From: Octopus vulgaris
Lineage: Eukaryota
Direction of reading: 5' to 3'
DNA: 64,000 bases
Assembly: GCA_951406725.2 (NCBI GenBank)
Contig: OX597832.1
Location: forward strand, 38,378,001 to 38,442,000
Notes under the pieces: model-generated
The model's input: the letters and a program-made list of their open reading frames with translations, nothing else
The model's database searches: none
Told to the model about the DNA's origin: nothing
Position numbers and translations under genes: made by a program
In this document: positions 1-14,565 of the stretch, in pieces
Numbering within the stretch: position 1 is the stretch's first letter
Layout: every line of letters begins with the position of its first letter

Positions 1-259
1 TCGGTAGTTTGTCTTAATTTGACGAAGCGCACCGTTATTGTATTTGTCGACGAGTTATGAATAAATATGTATCTAATATCTTCTAACTCATCGAGACTTC
101 ACACGAATAAATAAACATTACAGAGAGTAGATTTAATACTATCATGTTCTTAAGAATGAAATCAACCTCTCTGTCTGTGTATCTACCCACTTTATAATGT
201 TGGCAAACGAAATAGGGATAAGAATGTGCATTGTCAGTTTAATTGGAAATTTTCTATAG

Positions 260-345
260 GTGGCTGAAGATTGCTCGACATTTTAAAACTGATGTAATGC
301 TTACAGTGTTTAATAAAATGAAGTAGCGTGAAACGATCGTACCGC
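260..345 (+). ncRNA. Candidate type-I hammerhead ribozyme with long loop II
   Basis: GTGG-CTGAAGA-TTGC...(about 50 nt)...GCGT-GAA-ACGATCGT(palindrome)-A-CCGC. Stem I is GTGG/CCGC with one G-U pair. Shares AGTAGCGTGAAAC with the motif at 39951-40000. Confidence 0.4.
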
Positions 346-376
346 ATTACCTCGGACATACTTGTTGCTTATTTTG

Positions 377-417
<41 letters not shown>

Positions 418-588
418 AGCGAATTGAAGAAATGGAGTTGAACGAAGATTGAACAGAAATCGTTTTATTGCATTCTACATTTATTGCATTTTTTTTGATT
501 AATCTGCAACAAGATTATTCATCTTTCTATTTCACAATATATATATATATATATATATATTTATTTATTTCAACGCTTTTTTAGTATG

Positions 589-895
<307 letters not shown>

Positions 896-902
896 ATGTA
901 TG

Positions 903-943
<41 letters not shown>

Positions 944-2699
944 AGTAATGTCTCTCTCCTTTTTATTTCTCCCTTCTCTCTCACTCTATCTGAATTCTTC
1001 TGCGCTCGCATGCACGAGCGTAATGAATATCTAGTTAGCTGCACCAATTCGTCAGCGAATAATAATCTCATTCCATCGCATCTGTTAGTTAGGGGCCGGT
1101 GTGAATTGATGAATGTGTTCTTGTCAATCAATTTGATGAACCTCTTTTAAATGAAGTCAATGAAGTTTAATGAAGTTTATCTGTCAGCCTTTTCTTGTGG
1201 TTGGAAATAGACGGCGCACCCAAAAATAAATACGATGTCGTCCATGATAAACCCGCTGTATCTTTTATTACAGAATGAACTACAGAGAGATATTATTCAG
1301 GAACACCAATGACCTGTTAAAAACAATAGTCATATTTTTTCACATTTATTGCAGTGAGTATTAAAAAGTTAATTAGAAGTAGTTACCAGGTGAGGAAAAT
1401 ATAATATTAATCGACGTCAGTAATTTATTCTCTAAAATATATTTACTTTCACGTCTTCTCATATTAAATATTGTCAACCCACTGAGGGATTCTTCTAATA
1501 ACTGCTTCAGAATATACAGCGGCATCATTACATTACTGGGGAGTTTTAATAACACTGAAACATGTCACTACTTGCCGAATAATTAATCTAATGACAGCCA
1601 TTAAAAAAATATTTATTTTCTTCCCTGTACAATTTATTTATTTTATTTTTTTTACAGCTCAATAAGGCAATACTGCTGGGCTTTTTTTATAACTTGTTAT
1701 ACAAAACTATTGTGAGATAAGTTTTCTTAGTTACAAACTATATTGGCAGAATACGAACCGACAACCTCTCAGTTCTTTTTTCAATACTTGTTTAACCACT
1801 CAGCTATACAACATTGGTATCAATGCTAGGTAGATGAAATGTACAGAAAGCTGATTTATCAACGATAGTCGAAGAGGGTAAGGTCGCTACTTCTGTTTGT
1901 ACCTGACCAACGCTTACATAACTTTGTCAAAGAAACAATCGTGCATTTCTTGAAGTACAACGAACTGAAACCCTTCTATTATTTATTCAGTTGGTTTCAT
2001 GGGGAGAGCAATTATTTACCTGTTTAATTAACACGTGTATTGCGCATAAAGTAGACGTAACGTGTTTTGCTTCGAGTCAAGCAATACGTGCACGAAATCT
2101 TAACACGAACATGCCTTTTTTTTTTCTTTCTCAAGTTAGAATTCACATCTATAATACATGGATATTGTCTACGCTAAGATTTATAACTATTTTATAATTA
2201 TTGACTATACAGGCAAAACTGTAGACAATTGAGCAGGACAAACAATAGAACTATCGGAATAATAGTAAAAATACTGAGAAAGTTTAACTTTTTGTTGATT
2301 CTTTATCGGCTTTTTGTTTCACGTATTCCCAATCTTTCTTCTTTCTCACCAACCATTAGTTTGTTTCTTTTAGAGCAAGGTCTAGCGGAGATTTTCTGAA
2401 ATACATCAAACACCAACGGTTCTTCAACTTCCTAAATTTTAATGAAAGCAGAACTATCAGTTATATTGTATATGATACAATATAGCTAACTTGTGCACTT
2501 TATTAGCTAACGTTTGAACAAATTTTGGATCGCAAGTTTCTTTCTGAAAGACAGTGCTAACGCATTTCCTCCACGGTACTCTGCATTATAGAGTGAGTCT
2601 AACATTAAAGTAGGGATCACATATTTAAGACGGTGCTGCTGCTCACAGATAGTGGAGACCTCTGACTGAATGAGATAAACTCACTCCCCACCCCATCTG

Positions 2700-2765
2700 T
2701 TTCTTTACTACCCACAAGGGGTTAAACATGGAGGGGACAAACAAGGACAGACAAACGGATTAAGT
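2700..2765 (-). mobile_element. SINE family 1 tail-B fragment
   Basis: TTTCTTTACTACCCACAAGGGG...GGACAGACAAACGGATTAAGT matches the tail of the copies at 11452 and 35217. Confidence 0.75.
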
Positions 2766-3853
2766 GCGTAACAGAAAGGCCTGACTAGTTTAAATTTCTG
2801 GAAAAGAAGGGGAATTCTAGGAGAATAATGTGAAGTGGAACAGTGCCGTTAACTTTTAAAAGAGATGTAAAGAGGCCCGAGTGCCATACGGCGTGCCAAA
2901 AAGAATTTTAAACCTAGAGGAGCCATCTGTCTCTAGGTCTGAACGCAGTGAATTTTTTTCCAGAGATAAAGCGTGGGAAAAAGACAGAGATGAAGAGGAG
3001 AGAAAAGAAGGGGAGGAGAGAGGAAGAAAAAAGAATCGACACCACTACTTGACTGGTATTTTATTCATCGATCTCAAAATGATAAGAAGTAAAGTTTACA
3101 TCTTGGAGTGCTCTGATCTACACTAAATTGCCTTTATCTCATCACTGATTTTTAAAATTTATATTTCATTTCATTATATATGTACACATACTCATGTATA
3201 TATGCGTGGGTGTGTGTGTATGTGTATGTACATGCGCATATGCGTTAGTGAACATGGAGCAGTCAGTATGTATGTATTCATCAACGCCGTCTGTTAAACG
3301 GCAAGCTCGTCTTTCGGTTCTATCCGCAATCTGCCGTCTAAAGTGCGTTTAACCCGCTAATCTATGCTCCATAATATACAGCTTGTTAAAACGGATTATT
3401 TTCCCGTTTTACAAGGCTTCATCCACACCTAAGCAAATTTAAATACTTTCTCGCTAGAATAATCATTCTAATATATAGATACTGGAAATTTTAGAAACGT
3501 TTTCCGTGTTGTAGCGGTTGTTGCGGGTATTCTGCCGACGAGTGATTCGATTTCTGTTGACGTCCGTCTGTCTAAGGGAATTTTAACCCGTTATTATAGG
3601 GGCTGTTATGTATACTTTTACTTGTATTTAATAACCTTAAAGAAAAGATTTTCAGAATTTTCACACACACACACACACACACCCGCACGCACGCACGCAC
3701 ACACACACGCACTCACGCACACACGCGCACACACGCACACACACATACACACGCGTACTCATACACACACACTCTCAGTTATGTAATTAAAAACGCTATA
3801 AATTATATCGTCTCTTCCGTCCAAGCCTTTCTAGCATATAAATATATATATAT

Positions 3854-3916
<63 letters not shown>

Positions 3917-3945
3917 CATACATACATACATCCATCCATACATAC

Positions 3946-4005
<60 letters not shown>

Positions 4006-4029
4006 GAACATCAAAATATATATAAATAT

Positions 4030-4242
4030 ATATATGTTGAACATTAATAATCAAACATTAAAAATGAATAATAACAAAACAACATGAGAACGTACATTTG
4101 CAATGCATTAGCTTCAGTGGAGTAAAACTGGAAAAAAGAGTGGGATTTTTTAACGTTTCGAACATTGCTCTTCGTCAGAAAGAGGAGAACAGAAAGGTTC
4201 AAAGAAGAGAAAAGTCCACGAAAAGCACGTGTGATGTTACTC

Positions 4243-4243
<1 letters not shown>
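4030..4243 (-). mobile_element. Hammerhead-bearing short element (P family, divergent copy) between (TA)n tracts
   Basis: Minus strand at about 4149-4181 reads TTT-CTGACGA-A-GAGC-aat-GTTC-GAA-ACGT-T-AAA (canonical core). Pyrimidine-rich leader as in P1. Confidence 0.6.
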
Positions 4244-4285
<42 letters not shown>

Positions 4286-4564
4286 ATATCAACAATTGAG
4301 TGTAAAATTAATTAATCAATTTCACCAAGTGTTCAGTATGTAAAAGGACCATTTAAGGCGAATTCAAAATATTACATTATATAATTAGGGCTTAGTAAAA
4401 TAAATTACTTTGCCACATACTGAACTTAGTAGAAATAGCAGCCAAAAAAATTTTTTTAGCCATTTCCACTACTTAAAGAAAATTTCTCTCAAATAATGTT
4501 TACTCCAGACAGCTCACGAAGGTTTGGAGGTAAATACAGAAAAATATCACAAGTACATAGATCG

Positions 4565-4628
4565 TTTGAGTACGTCAACGTTTCAAGATTAGCCAAAATA
4601 AAATCAGCATTTCTTTCGTCAGCTCAAA
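4565..4628 (-). ncRNA. Canonical type-I hammerhead ribozyme
   Basis: Minus strand reads TTTGAG-CTGACGA-AAGA-(23 nt)-TCTT-GAA-ACGT-tg-ACGT-A-CTCAAA. It has a 6-bp stem I, 4-bp stem II, stem III ACGT/ACGT, an intact CUGANGA/GAAA core and a GUA cleavage triplet. Confidence 0.75.
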
Positions 4629-4669
4629 ATTTCTCAATTTGGATTTGGAAACACTAAAAAGAAGGAACT

Positions 4670-4858
4670 TTACCTCTCGGCGAACTTGTCGGCGAACTTT
4701 CTCTCCGCCTTTTCCCCTCTCAATCCTTTCTGTCGAAGAGCGTTGGCTCACAAAATGTCAATGGCTTTCCATTCTTCCCCACCACTAAGCTAATACACAT
4801 GCCTTTTGTTCCTTCACCTGTCTTCATCTTTTGTTACCTGTGAATTTGAACTATATAT
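4670..4858 (+). mobile_element. Degenerate P-family element (P2 type)
   Basis: TTTCTGTCGAAGAGCGTTGGCTC at about 4727, then CTAATACA...CACCTGTCTTCATCTTTTGT, ending GAACTATATATA. The GAAA core is lost. Confidence 0.55.
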
Positions 4859-5027
4859 ACGTTCATGTGGTCACCTCAGTTTGATCCTGCTTGATTGAAT
4901 TTCCTAGTCTCTTGAAGTCGCATCTTAACTACCTTCTCGAAACTTCAGTATTAGTATTACTATTACTATTATTATTGTTGTTGTTATTATAGTTGTTGCT
5001 GATGTTGTTGTTGTTGTTGTTGTTATT

Positions 5028-5245
5028 AAGGTAGCGAGCTGGCTAAATCGTTATCACGCCGGGCGAAATGCTTGTCGGTATTTCGTCCGTTTTTATGATT
5101 TGAGTTCAAATGCCACCGAGGTCGAATTTTCCTTTCATCCTTTCGGAGTCGATAAAATAAGTACCAGTTAAACACTGGGGTCGATGTAAACGACCAGTCC
5201 CCTCCCCTCAATACTGCTGCAATTGTAGCAAAATTTGAAACCAGT
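5028..5245 (+). mobile_element. tRNA-derived SINE family 1
   Basis: A-box-like TGGCTAAATCGTTA, B-box GAGTTCAAATGCC, and conserved central block GGTCGA...CCTTTCATCCTTTCGG.GTCGATAAAATAAGTACC (resembles the Nin/Deu-type SINE domain, from recall). More than 20 copies in the window. Confidence 0.85.
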
Positions 5246-5264
5246 ATTATTATTATTATCATCA

Positions 5265-5320
<56 letters not shown>

Positions 5321-5780
5321 GAGTAAGAGAGCAGCGCATGCCATCAAAGTGACACTGGGGTAAAATATACGAAGCCCAGTATACCCATCATGACTACCCG
5401 TCTGATAAGGGTACACCAGGCACATGCATCACAACCATATGTGCGCGACATGGTGATCTCATATCAAGATAAACAGCACATGACCTTGCAGGTGGGGGCC
5501 CAGTTAGAATTTTTTTCTGCTCGAGTAACCCATACCGCTCAAAAGGTCCCTGAATAAGGGTTGTTTAAGGATGTTGAACGAAACACCCATGTTTCCAGGG
5601 GTGAATTATTCAAACCCCAAAGAATCCATCTCAACACATGGCTATGATGCTCCCCCACTACTTCTACTCGTGATCAGAGATGCACTTATCGTCAGCCACT
5701 AAGGGACATGCTCAACTGGTTAAGGTCAAACAACTGACAAGCAAATCTGTGGTATTGAGCAGAATATTTGCTGTAGCCCA

Positions 5781-5781
<1 letters not shown>
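5321..5781 (-). mobile_element. (TAA)n-embedded retroelement 3' portion, probably R4/Dong-related, 5'-truncated
   Basis: Flanked on both sides by long (ATT)n. Same terminus in the copy at 39145-39298. The sequence continues in the fragment at 22830-22990. Dong elements are known to target TAA repeats. Confidence 0.65.
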
Positions 5782-5835
<54 letters not shown>

Positions 5836-5858
5836 GTTATTATCATTATTATTATTAC

Positions 5859-5900
<42 letters not shown>

Positions 5901-6147
5901 TATTGTTAATATTATTATTAGTATTAGTAGTAGTAGTATTAGTATTAGTAGTAGTAGTAGTAGTCCTTCGTGTTTTGAACTTCTAAGTCGATAGCATAGT
6001 TGGTCTTGAATTTCCTTTGACTTTACTTTGAAATCGTCAAATTTAATCGCGTGACTAATATTGAATTAATCACGAAGAGTTTCTAAAAGTTCCAGAAAAT
6101 TCTTCTTAAGAGAGTCAAGTGCAAACATCAGAACATTTTCTTATAGA

Positions 6148-6191
<44 letters not shown>

Positions 6192-6332
6192 CCAATAAAA
6201 ATGTGTGGGTAATGTAAAGTGGGGACGGGGTGGCGGTGTACGGCAAAGACTTTTCTATTTCCAAGTTTAAAAAGGTGGGGGGAATGACAGTGTGTGGTAC
6301 TGCTGCTTCTGCGTGTAGTTATAATGTTAGTA

Positions 6333-6487
6333 CTGATGATGATGATGCTGGTGGTGGTGGTGGTGGTGGTGGTGACGGTGGTGGTTGTGGTGGTAGTGGT
6401 GGTAGTGGTGGTAGTGGTGGCCGACGTCGTTATGATGATGATGATGATAATGATGACATCAATGATGATGATGATGATGATGACAAC

Positions 6488-6550
<63 letters not shown>

Positions 6551-6612
6551 AACGATGATGATGACAACGATGATGATGATGATGATGTCAACGATAATGG
6601 TGATGATGATGA
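6333..6612. repeat. Compound (GGT)n/(GAT)n microsatellite
   Basis: Direct reading. Confidence 0.95.
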
Positions 6613-7566
6613 ACGATTAATGTTAGTTATATTGAAGGATGGAATACCAGTGGATGTAGGAAACTTTCTCTCTATTGTCTGCTCTCCAACTGTTCTCGTA
6701 ATTTCTAACCGATACCACATGGCAGAAAACCTTTCGATTGTCGTGCGCTAAACTTTCTTACAACCTTCGTTTCACTTCGATCTCGCTCTGACACCGACCG
6801 AGCCGTATCCTATCATCTCGTTTCGATCAAACTGGTCTCCTACGTCCAGAGGAGAAAAACACTGGAGGCGCTGCGTGCCGAATCCCCAGTGGTCATGCTG
6901 TCAGCTGCTTGCAACTAGAGACAAATGGCCGGATCTCATGGACAGTCGGCATTGCTTTTCTTACCTTGTTCTCTTCATCTTCTTTATCTCAATGGAGTCA
7001 TGCAAACGCTGTTAGAAGTTCTACGATCGTGTCTTGCATGACCTTTGACACGGAGCATTGACTTCAAAATCAAATGTTTTCCTGTTATTTCCCCTGTGCA
7101 GGATTCAGTATAATTTCTCGTGATTGATTGTGAATTTATTTTGTCCGTTTTCTCTTTGCATTGCACATACATACATACACACACACACACATTCACAAAC
7201 ACAGATGCGTATATAATTATACAGGCATACATTTACACACACATTCATGTATCTAACTATATATAAATGCGTGTGTGTGTCTGCGTGTGTGTGTGTGCAC
7301 GCACACGTACGTAATATGTGTGTGTGTGTGCGTGTGTGTGTGTGTGTGTGTATTGTATGTCTATGTAAGTATATATATCTGTATGTAGGAAAACGCACAT
7401 ACAACGGTAGTACAACGCTTATATATATCAATAGATGTATAAACATTTGGATGTTTCGAATATCTGTCTGTATGTCTGTCTGTCTGTCTGTCTGTCCGTC
7501 TAGCTGTCTGTCTATCTATCTATTTATCTGCTTGTCTGTCAGTCTATATCAGTATGTCAATAACTA

Positions 7567-7644
<78 letters not shown>

Positions 7645-7666
7645 CATATATATATATATATGTATG

Positions 7667-7702
<36 letters not shown>

Positions 7703-7751
7703 TAGTTATTGGTATATATTGATATAGACTCACAGACAAACACATAGATAT

Positions 7752-7789
<38 letters not shown>

Positions 7790-8038
7790 CGATCGATAGA
7801 CATACATACATACACATAGATACAGATATACATACATACGTAGGTACATACATACATATGTGGTGTTTGACCAGAAATGGGAAAAAGTACTCAATACATA
7901 AAATAGAGACTGTATAGCTAAGTAATATACACGCACATATATGTATAAATACATATATTCATAAATAAAACACATAGATACAAACACATGCGTGCGTGTA
8001 TGTTATGTGCCTATCAGTTTATCCTTCTATTTTTAACA

Positions 8039-8172
<134 letters not shown>

Positions 8173-8282
8173 CCTTTAAAATGTTTTAGCCCGAAGGCCG
8201 CGGCCATGCTGGGGCACCACCGCTGTATATATATATATATATATATATATCTGTCTGTCTGCTTGTTTCTATTTCTGTCCCT

Positions 8283-8377
<95 letters not shown>

Positions 8378-8426
8378 ACAAATAAATATATATATATATA
8401 TATGAAGAAAAAAACTTGCTTGGAAA

Positions 8427-8462
<36 letters not shown>

Positions 8463-8473
8463 TAGATAGATAT

Positions 8474-8536
<63 letters not shown>

Positions 8537-8949
8537 TGTAGTACAATTCCGTCACAGTTATGATTCCAATTTATTCCAAGAGACATTGAACTCCTGGACT
8601 GTTGCAGATTTCCAACCATTCTCCAAATCTCCCACTGGACTTTGTCCTCGCACTCACTAAACATTAAACATAACATACAGATTATTGTTGCTCCGATTCC
8701 ATAATGACGTTTAATTATCCCTTGACATCCACACATACACTTTCTGTCACCCATCTGCGTATGCACGTAAATATTCACAAAGACGCATTCACAGATGCAA
8801 GCAGCCATGCATGTACTGGCTTATGAATATATTCATACATATCTACCACACCCTATGTCTCTTTGTCTATGTATGTATGTTTGTACGTGCATGTGCGCGC
8901 ACATGCGTGCGTATACAAATATGCATGTTCGTGTATACAATATGTGTAC

Positions 8950-9120
8950 TCGGAGCACCACCTTCAATGGTTTTATTAAAACAAATCGACACCAGCACAT
9001 ATTTTTCTATAGCGTAGTACTTGTTATGTCGGTGATTTATGCCGAACCGATAAATTACGAGGACGTAAACACACCAACACAGGTTATCAGGCAGTGATGG
9101 GGGAACAGACACAGACACAC
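8950..9120 (-). mobile_element. SINE family 2, 3' half, degenerate
   Basis: GGAGCACCACC...GCCGAACCG...GGACGTAAACACACC...GGGGAACAGACACAG matches the copy at 43760-44133. Confidence 0.7.
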
Positions 9121-9148
9121 GCACATAGGTATTCACATACATACATGC

Positions 9149-9179
<31 letters not shown>

Positions 9180-10230
9180 TGTATATATACGTATGTATGT
9201 ATATATATATGTATATATATATATATATATACATATATATATGTATATATATATATATACACATATATACACACATATATATATATATACTTATATATAT
9301 ATATACACACACATATGTATATATGTATATATATATAGATATATAGATATATATATACATATGTAAATATATATTTACATATACATATACATATATATAT
9401 ATATATACACATAAATACATATACATATATATATGTATGTACACACACACACACATATATGAGCAAAATAGCTAGTGAGAAAATCTCTATCAGTGATGAA
9501 AATAGTAATTATTTTGAGAAATAATGTTTGTCGCCACGTCACTCTGTCTGTCTCTTACGAACCGCCGTTGCTACCATCTTTAACTCTTGTAGCTGGTTAT
9601 CGATGCAATCTGCCCCCGATATATATTGCAAACAACGGAGCGAACCCCTAACATCTAGCAACAGGACAGGACCATCACATCGTCCAGTTCCGGGCTATTT
9701 TTGCCCATTCTCAGTGGCAACAAACATCACTTCTCGATACAGTTACTAAAACTTTCATCTTTTATAGAGATTTTCTAACAAGCGACTTTGCCTTTCAATC
9801 TTTCGGGGTCGATAAATTAAGTACCTGTTGAACACTAGCTCGATGTAATCGACAGTCCCCTTTACCCGCAAACTGAACTCAAAGTACACTAAACAAAACG
9901 GCATTACTATATGTTCCCCACGTATCAAGTAGAGTGCTCTCAATACAATTATCATTAACCGGTTGCTTCATATGTGTTTCGCAAATTACTCTCGGTTTAA
10001 CAGCATTACTAGTTACTCCACATTTAAAACGCAGAGTACGTTCAATACATTACAAAACGATCCTCTACAATTATGCATGGTTCAAAGCCTGAGTTCACCT
10101 CTGTTGTGTGAAGATGTACTGAAATCAATAACATTACTTTTGCTTCCTTTAACCCATTCTGTCCGTCCCGCAGATTGTATTGTATAAATTCCACTTACCC
10201 CCCCTCTCTCTCTCTATCTATCTCTCCCTC

Positions 10231-10266
<36 letters not shown>

Positions 10267-10365
10267 CTTCTCTCTTGCCTTTAACTCTTTCTATTCAAAA
10301 GGGTTTTCCAACGTTTTACATTTATGTGATGTGCCTCGAGAACCTAGATTCCAAGAAGAGTATTA

Positions 10366-10549
10366 TACATACACATACATACATACATACATGCATACAT
10401 ACATACATACGTACATACATATGCATACATACATACATGCATACATACATACATACATACATACATACATACATACATACATACATGCATGCATGCATGC
10501 ATACATACATACATACATACATACATACAAACATACATACATACATACA

Positions 10550-10581
<32 letters not shown>

Positions 10582-10822
10582 CATGCATACATACATACAT
10601 GCATACACACATACATACATACATACATACATACATACATACATACATACATACATACATACATACATACATACATACACATACATACATACATACATAC
10701 ATACATACATACATACATACATACATACATACATACATACATACATACATACATACATACATACATACATACATACATACATACACACATACATACATAC
10801 ATACATACATACATACATACAT
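10366..10822. repeat. Long (CATA)n tetranucleotide microsatellite
   Basis: About 450 bp of ATAC repeats with variants. Confidence 0.97.
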
Positions 10823-11261
10823 GCAAGACATTAAAACAATAAGAATGGACAGTTAATACAACTGCCAAAGCTTGTTTATTACAGTATCGTATACAATACA
10901 ATCATCTTAACTCTCTGTCCGTCACGTGTTTCTACTGCATGGATATCCTACCATGTGGCATTCAGTTACATCATCTTTGTTCAACTGCATTATAAGTTCA
11001 TCCATGCAGCTTCATTCAAGGTGTTACCACTACGAGTCTTTTAATGTCTTGAATATACATCCTGTATACTGTATAAATCCCACAGAAGCGAACACGGGAA
11101 ATCACTCATCGGCTGAAATACCGTGTTATTGTTTGCCATAAACAATATCCCGTTGTCCCATATCATTCGATGTGATTAGTCAGAGCCCGGATTAAACAAG
11201 GGTACCTGCCTGGATAAAATGTCTCTGTTCTTTCTTGTTATATAGGAAGCGTTAATCCCGA

Positions 11262-11425
11262 CGCATTCTTTTTCTCTCCATTTTTATTTTCTTCTTTCTC
11301 TACATTTGTTTTCTCGTCCGTTTCTGTCGAAGAGCGTAGGCTCGAAACGTCAAAGACTTTTCCATAATACACCTGATTTTTGTTTCTTCACTTGTATCTG
11401 TCTTGTTTTCTGTATATTCCAACCA
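11262..11425 (+). mobile_element. P-family element (P2) with hammerhead-like motif at 11321-11354
   Basis: TTT-CTGTCGA-A-GAGC-gtag-GCTC-GAA-ACGT-C-AAAG; homologous to the copies at 24197 and 34228. Confidence 0.6.
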
Positions 11426-11451
11426 TACACACACACACATTATAATAATAC

Positions 11452-11685
11452 TTACTTCTTTATTACCCACAAGGGGCTAAACACAGAGGGGACAAACAAG
11501 GACAGACAAACGGATTAAGTCGATTACATCGACCCCAGTCCTCAATTGGTACTTAATTTATCGACCCCGAAAGGATGAAAGGCAAAGTCGACCTCGGCGG
11601 AATTTGAACTCAGAACGTAGCGGCAGACGAAATACCGCTAAGCATTTCGCCCGGCGTGCTAACGTTTCTGCCAGCTCGCCTCCTT
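11452..11685 (-). mobile_element. SINE family 1, full length, tail B
   Basis: Head, central block and tail all present. Direct repeat ACACATTATAATAATAC at 11435-11451 and 11707-11723 is a probable TSD. Confidence 0.9.
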
Positions 11686-12306
11686 ATAATTATAATAATA
11701 ATTATAACACATTATAATAATACCACGTTGGCTCTAGAGCTTAAAGAGGACCGCAGATTGCATGCTGGAGTATGGCTGCGCGTGATTTTACATACAGATC
11801 GCTACTTATATTGTTGAGTAAATTTGGTCTGTCCATGTAAATATGTATATAACTAAACGGATAAGTCTCTGTATACATTAGTATGTATGCAAGTGTCCAT
11901 CTGTACTATTGATACACAGCTATGCTATTCTCGACCCTACTCCCTTGGTGTCTTTGTTATTGAAACGACTTGATTCTATTGAATACTGCAAATATGTGTA
12001 TGTAACAACTCCTTGTAATCGTATCATTTGAGCCACTAACACCCTTAGGAATTAAATAACCCACCAAACCTACTCAATATACCTCGCCGTGTCATTTTAT
12101 TTGTAAAGAAGTGTTATGGTATTGTTACTGGGATACAAACCCTGGAAAGATAGATATTTTGTAAAGGAAAAAAACAGAGGAATCTGAACTCAGGTATATG
12201 AAGTATGAAATATTTTATAGCGACCGACAATATGTCAAATTCTTTTTTAGAGTTTTCAACGTTTCTTTACTTGCTACGACATCAGGTGCAATTCAGTGTA
12301 TGATTA

Positions 12307-12320
12307 TGCTGCTGCTGCTG

Positions 12321-12401
<81 letters not shown>

Positions 12402-12648
12402 TTACTACCACTGGTGCTATTACTGCTGCTGATGATGATGCTGTTTCCACTGATGCTTTTCCTGCTGTTGTTTCTGCCGCCGTTGCTGCTGCTGCTGATG
12501 ATGATGACGAGAAGAAGAAGAAGAAGAAGAAGAAGAAGAAGAAGAAGAAGAAAACATAACGGTGATGATGATGGTTATGAAGATGATAATGTTGACGATG
12601 ATGTTGATGATAATGACCACGATGAGGTCAATGTTGATGATGATAATG

Positions 12649-12700
<52 letters not shown>

Positions 12701-12800
12701 TAATAATAATAACAATAATATTAATTATTATTATTATCAACGTTGCCATCGTTGTCATCGTCATCATCATCATCATCGTCGTTGATATCATCATCATCGT
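12307..12800. repeat. Compound trinucleotide microsatellite (GCT/ACT/AAG/GAT/AAT/CAT)
   Basis: Direct reading. Confidence 0.95.
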
Positions 12801-13317
12801 CATCATCATCATCGTTAACAAGCAATATAGTCTGTATAATAATAAGAAGCGCAGCACCCAAATCAACAGCAGCAGCAGCAACAACAACAACAACCCTAAC
12901 GCTAACGACAACGGCTACTATCACTAAAAACAAAGACACACAGACACACCAATGACAACAACAACAACAACAACAGTAATGATAATAACACAGAAAAAGC
13001 AGAAGAAGGGGCAAAAAACAAAAAGAAAAAAAAGAAAAGAAAAAAAGCTGCGTATGCTGAGCACGTCGTGAACCTTGTCAAAGAAAATTAATGAGCTACT
13101 TCCCGTGGGGCAGGAACCTGAACGGAAATCTAGAAAACGAGGCTACAGGATGTTACTGTTAAATGAACTAAGATGACAAGTTGCTTAACTCGTTATTAAC
13201 TAATGAACGCTGTACTACCACAACACAGTATTACCATCGCTACCACTTGTACTGCTACCGACACTGCTGCCGCTATCACTGCTACTACTACTACTTCTAC
13301 TACAAGATACAATAATA

Positions 13318-13719
13318 GATTCTACTATAGGCACAGGGCCTGAAAATTTACAGGGAAGGGGACTGGTCGATTACATTGACCCCCAGTACTTAACTGGTAC
13401 TTAGATTATCGACCCCGAAAGGATCAAAAGCAAATTCGACCTCGGTGGAATTTGAACTCAGAACGTCTTTAAGACGGACGAAATACCTATTTCTTTACTA
13501 CCCACAAGGGGCTAAACACAGAGGGGACAAACAAGGACAGACAAACGGATTGAGTCGATTACATCGACTCCAGTGCGTGACTGGTACTTAATCTATCGAC
13601 CCCGAAAGGATGAAAGGCAAAGTCGATCGGTGGAATTTGAACTCAGAACGTAATGGCAGACGAAATACGGCTACGCATTTCGCCCGGCGTGCTAACGTTT
13701 CTGCCAGCTCTCCGCCTTA
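13318..13719 (-). mobile_element. SINE family 1 dimer (head-body-tailB-body-tailA)
   Basis: Internal junction at 13486/13487. TSD CAAGATAC(A/G)ATAATA at 13303-13317 and 13722-13736. Confidence 0.9.
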
Positions 13720-13948
13720 TGCAAGATACGATAATAACTTCTAACATAGGCACAAGGTTAGAATCTGGGTGGAGGAAGATGTTAGCTGATAATAACTGGT
13801 CCCCACATGTTGACAGATAACTTATTTAGGCGACCACGGAAAGATGAATGGTAAAGTTGACCCAGGCAGAATTAGAACTCAGAACGCAAAGAATCGAAAG
13901 GAATTTTACATTGCACTAACTAATCTATGAAACCACGAATTTAATAAT

Positions 13949-14565
13949 CCTTTCTACCAAAGGTACAATGCCTGAAATTTTGCGGGAGAGGACTAGTCGA
14001 TTACATCGACCCCAATGTACAACTGGTACTTAATTTATCGACCCCCAAAAAGATGAAAGGCAAAGCCAACCTTGGTAGAATTTGAACTCAGAACGTAAAG
14101 ACGGACGAAATCCCTATTTCTTTACTACCCACGGGGCTAAACACAGAGAGGACAAGCAGGGACAGACAAACGGATTAAGTCGATTATATCGACCCCAGTG
14201 CGAAAGTGGTACTTATTTAATCGACCCCGAAAGGATGAATGGCAAAGTCGACCTCGGCGGAATTTGAACTCAGAACGTAGCGGCAGACGAAATACCGCCT
14301 AGCATTTCGCCCGGCGTTCTAACGTTTCTGCCAGCTCGTTTCCTTTTTAATATTTTCTACTCTAGGTAAAAGGCCTGAAAATTTGGGGAAGGGAGCCAGT
14401 CGATTAGATCGACCCCAGTCCTCAACTTGTACTTAATTTATCGACCGTGAAAGAATGAAAGGCAAAGTCGACCTCGACGGAATTTGAACTCTGAACGTAA
14501 CGACGGACAAAATACCGCTAATTATTTCGTCCAGTGTGCTAACGATTCTGCCAGCTCGCCGCCTT
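13949..14565 (-). mobile_element. SINE family 1 trimer
   Basis: Three central blocks, enclosed by the direct repeat CCACGAATTT(A/G)ATAAT at 13933-13948 and 14568-14583. Confidence 0.85.
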
